A stretch of 49,502 bases of DNA from Octopus bimaculoides (Eukaryota), in contig NC_068993.1 of the NCBI RefSeq assembly GCF_001194135.2, forward strand, positions 43,768,485-43,817,986. Reading direction: 5' to 3'. This document shows positions 1-14,200 of this stretch, one piece after another. The notes under the pieces are model-generated. The model was not told where the DNA came from. It saw only the letters and a program-made list of their open reading frames with translations, and did no database searches. Position numbers and translations under genes: made by a program. Position 1 is the stretch's first letter. Every line of letters begins with the position of its first letter.

Positions 1-48
<48 letters not shown>
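1..48. repeat. (TA)n microsatellite at window start; another at 49462-49502
   Basis: Direct reading. Confidence 0.98.
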
Positions 49-53
<5 letters not shown>

Positions 54-597
54 GTTTTCATTTCTTTTCTGTTTTTATCACCAAACCTATATTATATATT
101 ATCATCATTTAACGTCCATTCCCCATATATATATCTGAAATAACTGTTGCCTAAATCCTTTTAAAAATAGTTACTTAAAATGAAGTTATGTACTCAGGAG
201 ACGGGGTCAGCTATAAAGGGCCATGTCATTTAAACCACTGGCACAAGCTGAAAACTGACAGAAACTTAAATATCCCACCAAAATTAAGTGAATGTAACAT
301 AATGGAATATTTTAAATACATGGAAAAGAAACACTTTCACCATGAATTTGAACTTAATCTGCTTGAGCTAGCTACTTAACTAAAGAAAAAACAAATATGA
401 TGAAACACAGAAGTTGAACTCATACACAAGTGGTATAATACAGACTGGGTTGGTTGGTTGATAAAGTAGCTAGGTGGGATGAAGTGAGACACACATATGC
501 ATGAGTACAATATGCAAGTGTATGTACACATGTACATACAAGTTATACGCTGTAAATAGTATAGATATATACATGTATGTGCATGTGTGTGTGTGTG

Positions 598-632
<35 letters not shown>

Positions 633-2129
633 CTGTACACTGATACAGTTTAACTATATATTATATGAGAACATTATATAAATGTATACATTATCTACAT
701 ATCTGAGTGCGTATGTGTCTGAGAAAGAGATTTATGTATCGGATGTATACAGGAAATAAGGCACAGGATAGTCACTACAGATGACACCAAAACATTCTGC
801 CATTCACCACAGTCTGATAACAACAACTAGGTGATGATGATGATGATGAAAGGTGAATGAGCTGCAGATATGGGTGTGTGAGAAGAGAAATGCCAACAAC
901 AGTCTTCTTATGTCAATATAGCTATGTATTACATTAGTTTCAGAGAGTGCCCTTGAACAGATTTGAACACAGACGTAGGATATACTATAAACAAGATGTA
1001 TATTCGAGATGAAAGGTGGCTGCTATGGGGACAAGTGGATTACATGTAAATCTTTTGCTTGCATAAATAAATATATCAGTATATTATATCATTCACAATG
1101 AATACTATCACATCCCTGCATTATGTGTGTGTGTGTGTGCACACATACATTCATACACATACAATGTCAGCAAAGAATCTTGTTCAATTTATACTAAACC
1201 ACAGAGGAAATTATTTTGATGGTCAAACTATATTTTCTGAATCCAGATTTTTTTATACATTTCTGTGACGTTTAAACATTATTATTAAAGCCCAATGTTT
1301 AAAGTGTATGTGTGTGTGTGTGTGCATACATGTTGATTATTTTCTTGACTGATCAACAAAATTATACAGAGACCCACCAACCCACTTTGCCAAAAAAAAA
1401 AAAAGTGAATAAATAAATAAAAATAAAAACAAATTAAAGGGTCACAGCAGTCATTTCAGTTTGGTTTTAGAAGAGGGTGGAAAATACAATATTGAAGGGG
1501 CTGAGAGGGAGAGGGCAAATAAAACGAAGAGAAGATATGTGTATGTGTGTCATAAAATCTATATACAAAAAGCTGCTATTTACTTCAATCAATAACAGCA
1601 TTTCTGACTAGTTCAGTGGGTGTATATATGTGTATACATATACAAATATGTATATGTATATATATTTTTTTGTATTATACACTCATTATTGTCTTGCATG
1701 AAGTGGTCAGCTCAGAAGGGTTAAAAAAAAAAAATGAAGGTAAGAGTAAATCAACCCAGATTTACAGTTCCCAGAAATAAACAAATAAAGAAAAAAAATT
1801 TCTTCAAACTAAAAGGAGAAAAAAAAAAAATCAATAAACTTTTCGTGTTTGTTAAGTTGGAATCAAATGACACATTAGCCTGCCTTAATGGGAACAACGA
1901 GCAAATTAAAAGGGGAGGGGGAAAAAATAGAATTTAGTTTTTCTTATGAAAGCGAGAAAGAATAAGAATTTTCTTATATATATTGTTCTCTTCTTTTTTT
2001 TTTTAAGAATATTACAACTGTACATGAAAAAAAAAAAAAACTGGTGCCATAGATATAGGCAATAGTGGTAGAGGTGGTGGTGTAGGGGATGGGGAGAAAT
2101 GAAAATTCCATCATCCATTTGTTTGTTTA

Positions 2130-2243
2130 TTATCTTCTCCAAGAGCGACTCTCTTCATCTTCATCATCTTCGTCATCAGCACCCAACAGGGCTCCAACTT
2201 CCAGATCAGTGAACTCTGTACACTCCAGCGGAGACTGGGTAAA
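2130..2243 (-). CDS. RBM26: RBM26 exon 22 coding part (FTQSPLECTEFTDLEVGALLGADDEDDEDEESRSWRR*)
   Basis: Acceptor caatttttcag; acidic tail and SRSWRR terminus; tandem TAA TAA stops. Confidence 0.95.
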   Translation of the reverse strand, partial: FTQSPLECTEFTDLEVGALLGADDEDDEDEESRSWRR

Positions 2244-5200
2244 CTGAAAAATTGAAGACACGACAACTCATATTAAATTCCTTTGTCACATTTCGCTAAT
2301 GTCACAATAATTGAGGAAAATTTACCTAAACTTTGTAATGATGAACTCCTACCAGCACACTAAATTCACTGCTGTACTCATTATTAACTCAATTTACTAA
2401 CAGCATCCTCATGCATGGCTTGAACAGCTCTCACCTCACAAGTCATCTGGGATCTTTCCCATCTCAGCCACAGATATTTTAATTAATTTTTTTTAATTAA
2501 TTTTTTTTAACTAAACACTTTGAAATTTCAGATACTAGTTGAATGTGTCATGTAGAACAGGGTTTACTCATAGCGTTTTTGGCCAAATATTTTCTATTTC
2601 AGAAATTATTTCATGTTAAAGTTGTCGTATTTGGGTAATTTTAACCAATCAATGACGTGTTGAGCAAAGTTACTGCTGCTGTTTGTGAACAACAACTTCC
2701 TGTTCACCATTTTTACAAAATTATTACTGAGACAGACCAATGATGGAGCCTGTATGTGGTTGCATGACCCGCTAGAAAAAGTAGCCAAACTTTTTTATAT
2801 GCAGAATAGAAAGAGTTCTGACACATTCAACCAGTATCCGAAATTTCAAACTGTTTAGTTAAAAAAAAATTAATTAAAAAATCTGCGACTGGGATTGACA
2901 AGATCCATGAAAATACTCTCGTACAATACTGGATATTAGCTATAATATGTACTGAGTTCCCATAACATTTTCTATTTATTTCATACGAAAATCTGAATTA
3001 AATTACACTAGTCAAGGGAATCACAATACTTGGAATATGGATACTTGCTTTTATTCTTTCAACTTTTCTTTAACTTTAGCTGCTTTATCATTCAGTGAAG
3101 AATATTGTTTTAACCACAAGATAGCTCTGATTGTAATGGACACGTGAGAAAAGGCGTTCCAGCCATGACCATGTAGTCCCAAACAAATTGAAAAAAGAAA
3201 ATTACATGGGCTGTTCATAGAAACACTACCTTCAACCTTGGGTCAACTCAAACAAGCTTACGGAAGCTAGATTTGACCAGTTTGATTGCTAAAGGATTAC
3301 AATGATTTCATCTTGCCATCAATAAAAGATTGTGCTGCACAAGAGAATATACATTGAATATGTGAGGACTAAATGCTTAAGTAATCACAACAAACAAGAA
3401 AGAGAGAAAACAGGCCTTACAGAATCATCAAGGTCAGCAGATGATGTATCAATGCTATTAGTAACTGTAGGAGTAGCTGGTGTGTACCATTTGATCTTTA
3501 ATTCTTTGTTCTTGTATCGACGACACTTCAATATAGCCTAATAAGAAATGAAACAATAATAATAATACAAATGGTGACAATGTATGCTTGTGCACACGTC
3601 TATTATAAATGTATAAACATAATATATATATATAAATATATACATGCATAGATGTTTACATGTATAAAACAGATAGAGATACATGGACGTGTGTGTATGT
3701 ATACATAGACACAATGTTAATTATACTTCTGTGTACATAACAAAATTATACATACACATGTATGTGTATATATTAGGTCACCCCTCAAAAATGAGGTTTT
3801 TTCAATTGCATGAACTAAAAGTCAGAGGGGGATGGGATAAACTACCCGCAACAGAAGTATTAAGACTGATCCTTCTGGTGGTATAAAGCACTCATGACGG
3901 TGCCAAGAAAAAGCACCCATGAGGTGCCATATAAAAGCACTCAGCACACTCTGTAAAGTGGTTGACATTAGGAAGAGCATTCAGCCATAAAAACTATGTC
4001 AAATGCAAATGGAGTCGAGTACACCTCCTCAGCTCTGGTCAAACCATCCAACCCATGCCAGCATGGGCAACGGACATTAAATGATGTTTAGCCTGAGGTA
4101 AGCCTTACTTGAGAATACCTTTGATCAAAAGCATTCCAATTATGACCATCTTATATTTGTTCAAGGTATACTGTATCCGCAACTACTTTATCGTGGATAC
4201 ACATTTTAGGGATCTGAAAGGCATCTGACAACTTGTTCAAGCAAGTTGATCGACTACATAGAGGTAAATTCACATTAATTCCCTTGGAAACCACATGGTG
4301 CATGTGATCATTATGTACTTTCATAGACAGTACACTCTAACGGTAGTACCAAAATCCTGCTATGGTACAAGACTCTTACCCCTTCAACTAGTGTTAATGT
4401 AATGAGCTAGCAAAGTGAGGAGGGTCATTATTATTTTATATTCATTTTTCCATACTTGCATGTGGTGAACAGGTTTCCAGCCAAGCATCTCTACACCTGT
4501 TGTTATCCCTTGTCAAGTACACCCTGAGGTCAGTGTTGCTTTCAGTAGGATTACTTAGCACTTCTTCAACCAACTCATCCGTCATACATTTCACAGGTCC
4601 AAAACAGCACAAATCTTTCCTCTCCTTGTCAGTCTGTCTCTTTCCCCAGTGTTCAAATATTTCCACATATCAATTTGACTTTTCAAGTCTCCAAAGTTAG
4701 TTGAATTAAAATAAGTATCAGTAATACACTATGTACAATGTAATTGACTGTTGAATTCCCTGTAGTGCCTCATCACTCATTTTGTGACTGGGTCAGATGA
4801 AATTGGTTTCAAAAATGAGTGACAAAAACAAGAGAGAGTGTATGATGAGTGTGTAGGTGTATAGGATGACAAGAAGAATGTGTTCATATGAGAAAAAATG
4901 TGAAAGGGGAGACAGAGAGCATGCATAATCCCCACAGGGTTATTACGCCTTTTTTAAAAATAATGACATAAAATACAAGGAAAAAAAAACCCCAAAGGAT
5001 TTACCTTCTCAGCATCCTGTCTAGATTTGAACGTCAAGATAACATTACTCTCTGTAGGATCTGGTTCTGATTTCACCAATTCACAAAATAACTGACAGAA
5101 GCAGCAAAAAAAAAAAAAATATATATATATATAACATGGATCATTAATACTTCTTAGCGAAAAGGTTAGTATGTATATACTACATATATTCATATTTATA

Positions 5201-8200
5201 AATAAGTGCAGGTGTGACTGTGTTAAGAAATTTGCTTCCCAACATGGTTTCAGGTTCATTCTCAGTGTGACAACATGGGCAATATACACACATGTACATG
5301 TGCACATGCATGTCATCATCATCATCATCATTTAACTGGGATCTGGCAAGCCAGGAGGCTGCACCAGGCTCCAATCTGATCTGGCAATGTTTCTACAGCT
5401 GGATGCCCTTCCTAATGCCAACCACTCTGAGAGTGTAGTGGGTACTTTTATGTGCCACCGGCACAGGAGCCAGATGGGGGAGGGGCTGGCATTAACTGCG
5501 TTCAGATGGTGCTTTTTACGTGCCACCAGGGCGCTGGCATTGGCCACGTTCGGATGGTGCTTTTTACGTACCATCAGCACAAGAGCCAGTCGTGGTGAGG
5601 GGGCTGGCATTGACTCCAAGCACTATGCCACCCTTTTTCCAGACATTGTATATCTAGAGCTAAGCTATTCAATATGTCCCCTTTTTTGATGATGGTAGCT
5701 TGTTATCTGAGAAAGATTTGGTTGCTATATCTATCAGGTGGCATATGTATGTAGAAGAGTCAACTGAAATGGAAGGCATAAGTTAGACCTGGCAAGCCAA
5801 GTGAGATTGTAGCTGTGGCTGATACCAGTGATTGTAGTTGTGGCCAATCCCAGTGTCGCATAACTGGCCCATTTAAAAGTACTCTTGAATCATCGGGCAA
5901 TATGCTGTGCTTGAGAAGACTCGTTGAGTCAAGTGAAATCGGTGTTGTGGCCAATGCCAGTGTTATCTGACTGGCACATAAAAAGCACCATTCAAGCACG
6001 GTCGATTCCAGTGTCGCTAGACTGGCTCCCGTGCCAGTGGCACATAAAAAGCACCATTTGAGTGTGGTCAATGCTAATTTTGGTCATCTTATAAACAAAT
6101 ACAAGGTTGCCTCAATGTCTCCACAACTGGACAGTCATCCAACACAGTGGCAATCGACAACCAAACCTAGGAGAAGTGTTTGCTAGCTGATATTATCCAT
6201 AGACAGGTTAATTTTTAAGAAATTAAACCCATTAGATTTCAGCTGGACTATTTATTATTGCTGCCAGGAGCTGACACGCCAATCATCATAAAGTTGATTG
6301 GTCGGAAGTCAGATAGGTCCTAAGTTAACGACAACTTGTATCTTAGTTATTTTTAGAAGATACTAGATCTAACCAGTCTTTCCAAGGAAATGAAACTGTT
6401 AGAGAATACTTTTTTACTTTTTCCTTTGAAATGATTACTGTGGAAACAAACCGTTACACAGAACATAAAGAGGAAAAAAATATGATATTTTGAGGTTTCC
6501 TACACACTTAGATTAAAGTTAGAAATCCAAGCATTTTTTAGGAATATTGTGCATGTGTGCACACATATATAAATTTTATTTATAAATATTTTTTTCAAAT
6601 TTATTTCATTTTTATTTACATGCAATTTAAATTTACCTATAACACGTGTGGCAATGTTTGATTAAATTGGACTGTGAATTGGTGTGTATTTCTATCCTAG
6701 TTTTCTTTGAAGATAAATTCCAGTATTTCAATCTGTTTTACCTTTATTGATATGCCTATCTTATGTGCATTAAGTTCAACTGATATATTATCCAGTAATT
6801 TGCACAATTATCTATTAAAATTTTGTTGTATACCCATTAAATATTAGCTAATAACTCATTTTCTATGCTGATGTTTAAACAAAATTTTAATAATTTTATA
6901 TTTTGTTGAATTTACCTCTAAGTAGATTTGCAATGAGACAAAAATTATGAAGCAGATTTGGTTAAGAACCTTATGTTGATAAATAAAACAAGTTAGAGAT
7001 GTTTTATGAAACCAGTTTAAATTCACGATTATTTTAGAATTTAACTGAAACACATAAGAGATATTTTAGTTAGAAATATTATAAATAAAAGGGTTTAAAA
7101 AAATGTTGTCAGAAACGGATGGTAGAAGAAATATGATAGCAGCAAAACTAAGGGATATTTGAGAATTAAGGTAGATTGGAAAATGTCAATCACCATAGGT
7201 AAGATACTGTAGAATTAAAATACAAGGTGGGAGATGTAATGCATACACAACCAGCTCATGTATCAACATAGGAGGGAAAAAAATGAAAGGAAACTCATGA
7301 TGATGATGATGATGATGATGAGGAGGAGGGGGGAAAACATAGTAACAAGAGTTATTCTAACTTCAATTACACATTGAAAAGAAAATGAGATACTTACAGA
7401 AAAATGAGCTAAAATATTTTTCAGAGGTTCAGCATCGAACCCAGACACATGAATTTGCTTTGGCCGATTGTCAAGTGACCTGTTTGAAGCTGTCATTTTC
7501 ACACTCCTGTGTCCCCGGCTCCAAGAACTGCCTCGTGATCGCATACCCCCACGGATCACTCCCCTACCCCTTCCTCTCGATAAAAGACCTAAAGAGGCGG
7601 CCTGAAAAACAACAGGGAATTAAATTTTTTTTTTTTTTTAAAATAAAGCCCGTATTAAAGAAATCAAACATTAATTATATATGTACCAGCAACAAATATA
7701 TATACAAGTTTACTGAGGATGTTGGAAATTCATATCAAGCAAATGTACATCGGCAGTCAACTTTCTGGCCATAACATTTTATGATATTTTTGTTATTTAC
7801 AACAACAAAATTTACAGGAAAAATTTCAAGAAAAATTGAAAAAAAAAAAATCAGTTAAGTTCTATCACGAGTGTGTCTCCAATATACTTGTACATTTTTG
7901 AAAACATACTGTGCTCACTAGGTACTTCTGTACTAATACACTGCTCCATTGCTATGGTTCTTTCTGCAATCATGAGGGTGTTGCCAAGTTCCTTAAACAT
8001 AGGGCTTTGGGAGTATATCACTGATAACATCCCCAGTGAATGATTGTTGACTGGTGATATTAACCCTTTAGCATTCAGATTAATCTGTCAAATGTAATGC
8101 TTATTCATTCATATTGCTTCGAATTAATCGTGCATTATCTCATAGCTTTGACATTTCAATGCTATGGTTGTATATTTTTGAATGACATTGTAGGGTAGGT

Positions 8201-11200
8201 GTGAGAAGTCGAATCTGGCCAGTTTGAACATAAAACACGTAGAATATTTGGGCCTAACAGAGATTCTGAGGTATCTGGCTCTGACAATATAACAATAGCA
8301 TAAAACTTTACAGTGGAGTAATTGACAAAGTTATTTTCTTCAAGGCTTTGTCAGAAGGAGGACAGTGCTTATGGCCTTTTGGCAGGGCCAGGTGGGGAGG
8401 ATGAGAGGAAGATACCTCAACTCATGGATTGCTTCAGTAGGACGCGGTGCATCAAGATACTGAGTTATCTTCAGACAAAAGATATGGTCCGAATGTTTGC
8501 AATAGAATGAAGTCTGCAAAAGGCACTCAAGGGCCAGATGATGGCATTAAATCATTAAATAGGATATCAAATTCAGTATACCATCCAATTACTTAGCTAG
8601 CTTTTCTGGATCAACAGAATGTTAAACATCAAAAGCAATAACCTACCCTAAAAACAACAACAAAACATCCCACAAAAAACAAACAAACACCACCTTCTGT
8701 CCCATCTAGTAACACTGCACAAATAACAACCAATAAAAATACACACTGGCTGCAAGAATTATAGCAGCACGCATTAACAACACAATTTGTTGCATGCCTC
8801 TTGATCACTCTTCATTCTTACAGACAATTCTAGGATTGGAAAGGACAACAACTGCCCACCTCTTGTGTAAGTTCTATGAGTTTTTTACGTAAGTCAGTCG
8901 TGTCTTCACCACTGTTCTGCTTGGAGATTAATTCCAATTCAGTGTCTAAGATTTCCTTTTGGGTTTTCTGACTACTCGATGGTCCCGGGATTGTTACCTG
9001 TAACAACACCACAACATAGCAAATCGATCAGTGTCAAAGCAAGAGTTTTCAATTCAATAAACAACACCAGCTGATTTTTTTGTAAATTATTCAATGGAAA
9101 CAATCAGAGTAAGCTTTAAAAGTTTTGACAGAGAATTTTAAAAAGTTGCTTGAACAATAACTTAACAATTCGTTTTAATTAGAAATGAGCTTCTTCAGGT
9201 TTAGAACAAATTACAGATTTTCTTAATAAAAATGAAACCAAAGAACAGAGTAAGCCTCTAGAGAGTATAAAGAAGCACAGAATTCTAAAGAAAAAGGAAA
9301 AAAAAATACTTAGTGATAAACAAATTTGATAAAACATTCAGGTTTAATTAAAACAGCTGGTATAAGTATACTTAATTCTTTTTCATGAAGTATGCCACTA
9401 ATTCTTCCCACCTTAAGGCAAGAACTTTGTGTACTGGACTGTCATAAAAATAGTGATATTTCATTATTTTGGAAGAAGGATGAAAAGTAGAGTCTGCAAT
9501 AGGGTTTATAAAATGTAAACTGAGGATGACATAAATAAATTCATTTTGATTTACTCTAGAGCCTTGGTCATTTCCACTATCTTACTCTTTTACTTGCTTC
9601 AGTCATTTGACTGCGGCCATGCTGGAGCACTGCCTTAAAGGGTTTTAGTCAAACAAATTGATCCCATGACTTACTTTTTTAAACCTAGTACTCTTTTTCT
9701 GAACTGCTAAATTATAGGGATGTAAATGCACCAAAACCAGCTGTCAAGCAGTGATAGGGGGGGGGGGACAAACACAGACACACATATGGGCCTCTTTAAG
9801 TTTCCGTCTACCAAATTCACTTACAAGGCTGTGGTCGGCCCGAGGATATAGTAGAAGACATTTGCCCAAGGTGTCATGCAGTGGGACTGAACCCAGAACC
9901 ATGTGGTTGGGAAGCAAGCTTCTTACCACACAGCCACACCTGTGCTTATATTAATAATAATAATTGTTTCTAATTTAGGCACAAGTCAAACAATTTTGAG
10001 AGGAGGTGCTTAGTCAATATCAACCTATTTTTTTGTACTTTAACTTTTGAGGCTTTTGCACACATTTCCACTGTGCGGGGCAGCCTGGCGGCCACAGATT
10101 CGTAGAGCATTTTTACTTTATGTTANNNNNNNNNNTTGAACTCACAACATAAAGAGCCAGAAAAAATACCTCAAAGCATTTCTTTTGATATTCTGATGAT
10201 TATGCCAGTTCACCATCTTATTAATAAAAACTGTTTTTGAATTTTGGCACAAGGCTAGCAATTTTAGGGGAGGGATTAAGTCAACTACATCAACCCCAGT
10301 GCCGAACTGGTATTTATTTTACTGACCCCAAAAGTATGAAAGGCAAAGTTGATCTTGGCAGAATTTGAAATCAGAACATAAAGAGCTGGAAGAAATACTG
10401 TCAAGCATTTTGTCCAACATGCCACCTTAATAATAATGGTTTCTAATTTAGGCACAAGTCAAACAATTTTGAGAGGAGGTGCTTAGTCAATATCAACCTA
10501 TTTTTTTGTACTTTAACTTTTGAGGCTTTTGCACACATTTCCACTGTGCGGGGCAGCCTGGCGGCCACAGATTCGTAGAGCATTTTTACTTTATGTTACT
10601 GAAACTGGAGGAAGGAGAGGCAAAGTTAACCTCAGCAGGATTTGAACTCAGAATATAAAAATCTGGAACAAATACTGAAGATTTCTAACATTGGCACAAG
10701 GCCGCAAATTTTGGGAAATGGAACAGTCAGTAAAATCAACCACAGTACATGAATGACATTTATTTTACCAATCCTTAAAGTAATAAAAGACAATGTTAAC
10801 CCTGACATGAACTGAACTGAGACTGTGAAGAAGTGACTCAACTAAATGCTTAAAGACATTTTGTCTACGGTTTTTACCAATCTACTGTTCTTTAATAATT
10901 CATTCTTTCAACATGGGAGAAAACTGATTTATGGTGGATAGGATAGAATGCAAGTGCTATAAACAAGGGAATCAACTCCAGTGCCTTACTGATATCTATT
11001 TTATTGAGTCGCCATTACAAGGAGTGAGGGTGGATCGATTCTGGTGGCAATTTGTAAATAAAAATAAAAGAGAAATGATATGCAGAGTACTTACTGCTGG
11101 CTTCGTTTTGGTAACCTCTGACTTTTTCTTTGGGAAAAGATCCTCTTGGAACTTCTTGATGATATTTCGGAGATCGTCAATTTCCTGTCATTACAAGCAA

Positions 11201-14200
11201 AAACACAAATGTAACTTCGGTTAGGATTTTTCAGACTATTAAACATTTACTGAAATCTTTTATCGTTTATTTGTTTCACTCACTGGACTGTGGCCATGCT
11301 TGGGCTCTGAACTGAAGGGTTTTAGCCGAACACACTAAACTTAGTACTATATTATTTTCAAGTCTAGTACTTATTCTATTAGTCCCTTTTGCTGACATGT
11401 ACTAAAAACATATCTCACTCATTAGCTTTACAGTGCTTACAGTAATGAATATATATATAATAGCTATTCTATAGCATTCACTGACATATCTTGATCACAG
11501 ATAAAGCACAGTATTGGTGTCATCTTAGACAGTTCTCTGATATGCTAATCAACATAGCCATCCATTGCTTTCATCAGTATCATTTTTGCAGTAGTTTTTC
11601 CATACTTGCACAAGGAGGGTAGGTCTTCTCCAGTACAGCGTTTTTGCCTCTTGTTACATTTTGTCGTCATCTCCTTCAGAAATTGCAGAGATTATCACCA
11701 ACTACTTCTTTGCATGCCTGCTTTGGTCTTCTTCTTTCAGATACCTTCCACTTGAGACTACCTGACATTTCTTTAACTTTAATCCTCTACATGCATTACA
11801 CGTCCATACCAATGCAGTTTTCTTTCTTGCACACTATATTTTATTCCTCTTACAGTCAGTTTTTGTTTCAGTTCATAGTCTTCCATCATTCATGCACACT
11901 AAATAGTACACATCCAGCAGAACATGCTCACCCTATTTCATTGCAGCCTTAATATATCTTCCACAGCCAATGCTCATGTTTTGCTACTATGCAACATCAT
12001 GCTTCATACACAAAGATCATACAATCTGCCCTTCCTACCACCTCCAATAGAGGTAACAGCTCCACCCTATTCAAACCCTTGTCACTATGTTTTTGGAGTA
12101 ACGTCTCTCACCGAGGTTCAGTGTGGGGTGGGAAATCTCTAGAAGTAGTAGACAGCTTCTGTTACCTACACGACCTAATGCTTGAATTTAACATCTACTT
12201 AGAAAACAAAAAAAATTGTAAACAGTGAAAAATAGTCAAAAATATTACATCTGAAATAGAGGATTGTCATCGCTAGCTGTCTTTGATCGTAACTTTGCTC
12301 AAATCAGGTTAACAACAACCAACAAACATCAAATATACTTACCTTAAGAATTTTCCCCTTAGTATCAGCTGAAATATTTTTGTCTGTCAACCGTTTTTTC
12401 AATAACTGAGGGGAAAAAAAAAAGAAGTTTGTCAAAAAATATATATATATACTGGACAGAGGTCATTCAGTGTATTTATAGTAAAAACTAAACCTAGGGA
12501 CTGCATGTAGAAAACCACTGAATAGGGGACAAAAATCAATTGATAAACTTGGAAATTTCTGTTGAGTATGTTTGACATGAGGAAGGCATGAGTATTAATG
12601 TCTTGAAAAGAAGTGCTATTTACAATAACATTAATAAATATTTATCCCCACTTAAAACGCAGAATACTGCATAATTTACCATGAGAGTGCATATAGGCAC
12701 TCATATTTATATTGCTAGCAGGGAGATAATCGTCTGCTACTGCCTTTAGAACTACCAGTTCACGTGATTTCAGCCTTCTCTGGCCTTGTCAATGGTAGAT
12801 GTCTACGACTAGAGAGAGCAGAAATTCCTCTATCAGTGATATATATACAGAATCTCAGTGTNNNNNNNNNNNNNNNNNNNNNNNNNNNNNNNNNNNNNNN
12901 NNNNNNNNNNNNNNNNNNNNNNNNNNNNNNNNNNNNNNNNNNNNNNNNNNNNNNNNNNNNNNNNNNNNNNNNNNNNNNNNNNNNNNNNNNNNNNNNNNNN
13001 NNNNNNNNNNNNNNNNNNNNNNNNNNNNNNNNNNNNNNNNNNNNNNNNNNNNNNNNNNNNNNNNNNNNNNNNNNNNNNNNNNNNNNNNNNNNNNNNNNNN
13101 NNNNNNNNNNNNNNNNNNNNNNNNNNNNNNNNNNNNNNNNNNNNNNNNNNNNNNNNNNNNNNNNNNNNNNNNNATATTGTGTTATTTACCATGTGAGAAC
13201 CTCTCATATGAACTCCACCAATCATAGAAGTAATATTTCCAATGGAAGACTGGAAATGATCAACACCACTTGTATGACACTGATGCTCATTTACAACCAT
13301 CAAATGGTGCCAAGACAAGGATACACACACACACACATATAAAAGGCAGCCTTGTTGATGATAAATAAACAAATGAACTTACATGCTGCTGCTGGACATA
13401 GCTTAACAACAGATCACGCTTCTGCTTCTGAACTTTTTTCAAAATGGAGTCCTACAATGAGTAAAAGAAAAAACAAAAAACAAAAAAAAAACAAAACAAA
13501 AGTGAGTGAGTGAGAGAGAATGTGTGTGTGTGTGTGTGTGTGTGTTTGAGTGTAAAGAAGAGAAAACATTTTTTTTACAACAATCAAATATGTTGAAGAG
13601 AAAGGTTTGCTGTTAATGTATCACCTAATATTCCCAATAAACAGTTGAAATTATATATGTCTTGGTCAGCCGGCTTCATTTAACTAATAAGAGCTGCAAC
13701 AGTAAATAATGGATTCTAACAACAGGCACAAGGCCTAAAATTTATTAGGGGAAGTTAATCGATAAAATGGATCCCAGTACTTGACTGCAACTTTATCAAC
13801 CCCAAAGGGATGAAAGACAAAGTTAACATCAACAAGATTGGAACGGAGCATAAAGAGCCTGAACAAATACCACAGAGCATTTTCTCCGATGCTACTATAT
13901 TCAATAATTATTTAAAATTTTAGCACAACACCAGCAATTTTGAGCAGAGAGAGAAGTCTATTAGATCCACTCTAATATTCAACTGGTACTTATTTTCTTG
14001 ATCCTGAAAGGATGAAAGGCAAAGCTAGCCTCAGAATGTAAAGAGCCAAACGAAATGCTGCTAAGCATTTTGTCTGACGTGGAAACAATTCTGCAAGCTC
14101 AGTGCCTTAAGCAACATTTAATAATACTACCTGGTCACTAGATTTTAGAGAAGTTTCTTGTCCAAGTTTATGTGCCATTAAAAATGAAGCAGCTGCTTCT

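Noticed and set aside
1-2129. RBM26 poly(A) site
   Set aside because: I found no convincing minus-strand AATAAA apart from one overlapping the stop codons; the 3' UTR end cannot be placed from sequence alone.
6100-6340. TA-flanked MITE with CAAG(G)TTG ends
   Set aside because: The inverted match is under 10 bp and imperfect, with no second copy.
12862-13173. Hidden RBM26 exon in the 312-N gap
   Set aside because: Exons 15 and 16 join in phase and give a continuous coiled-coil sequence, so no exon is required; a cassette exon cannot be strictly excluded.
12764-13372. Long ORFs in the track here and at 41663-41917 and 43988-44812
   Set aside because: They run through N gaps and are artefacts.
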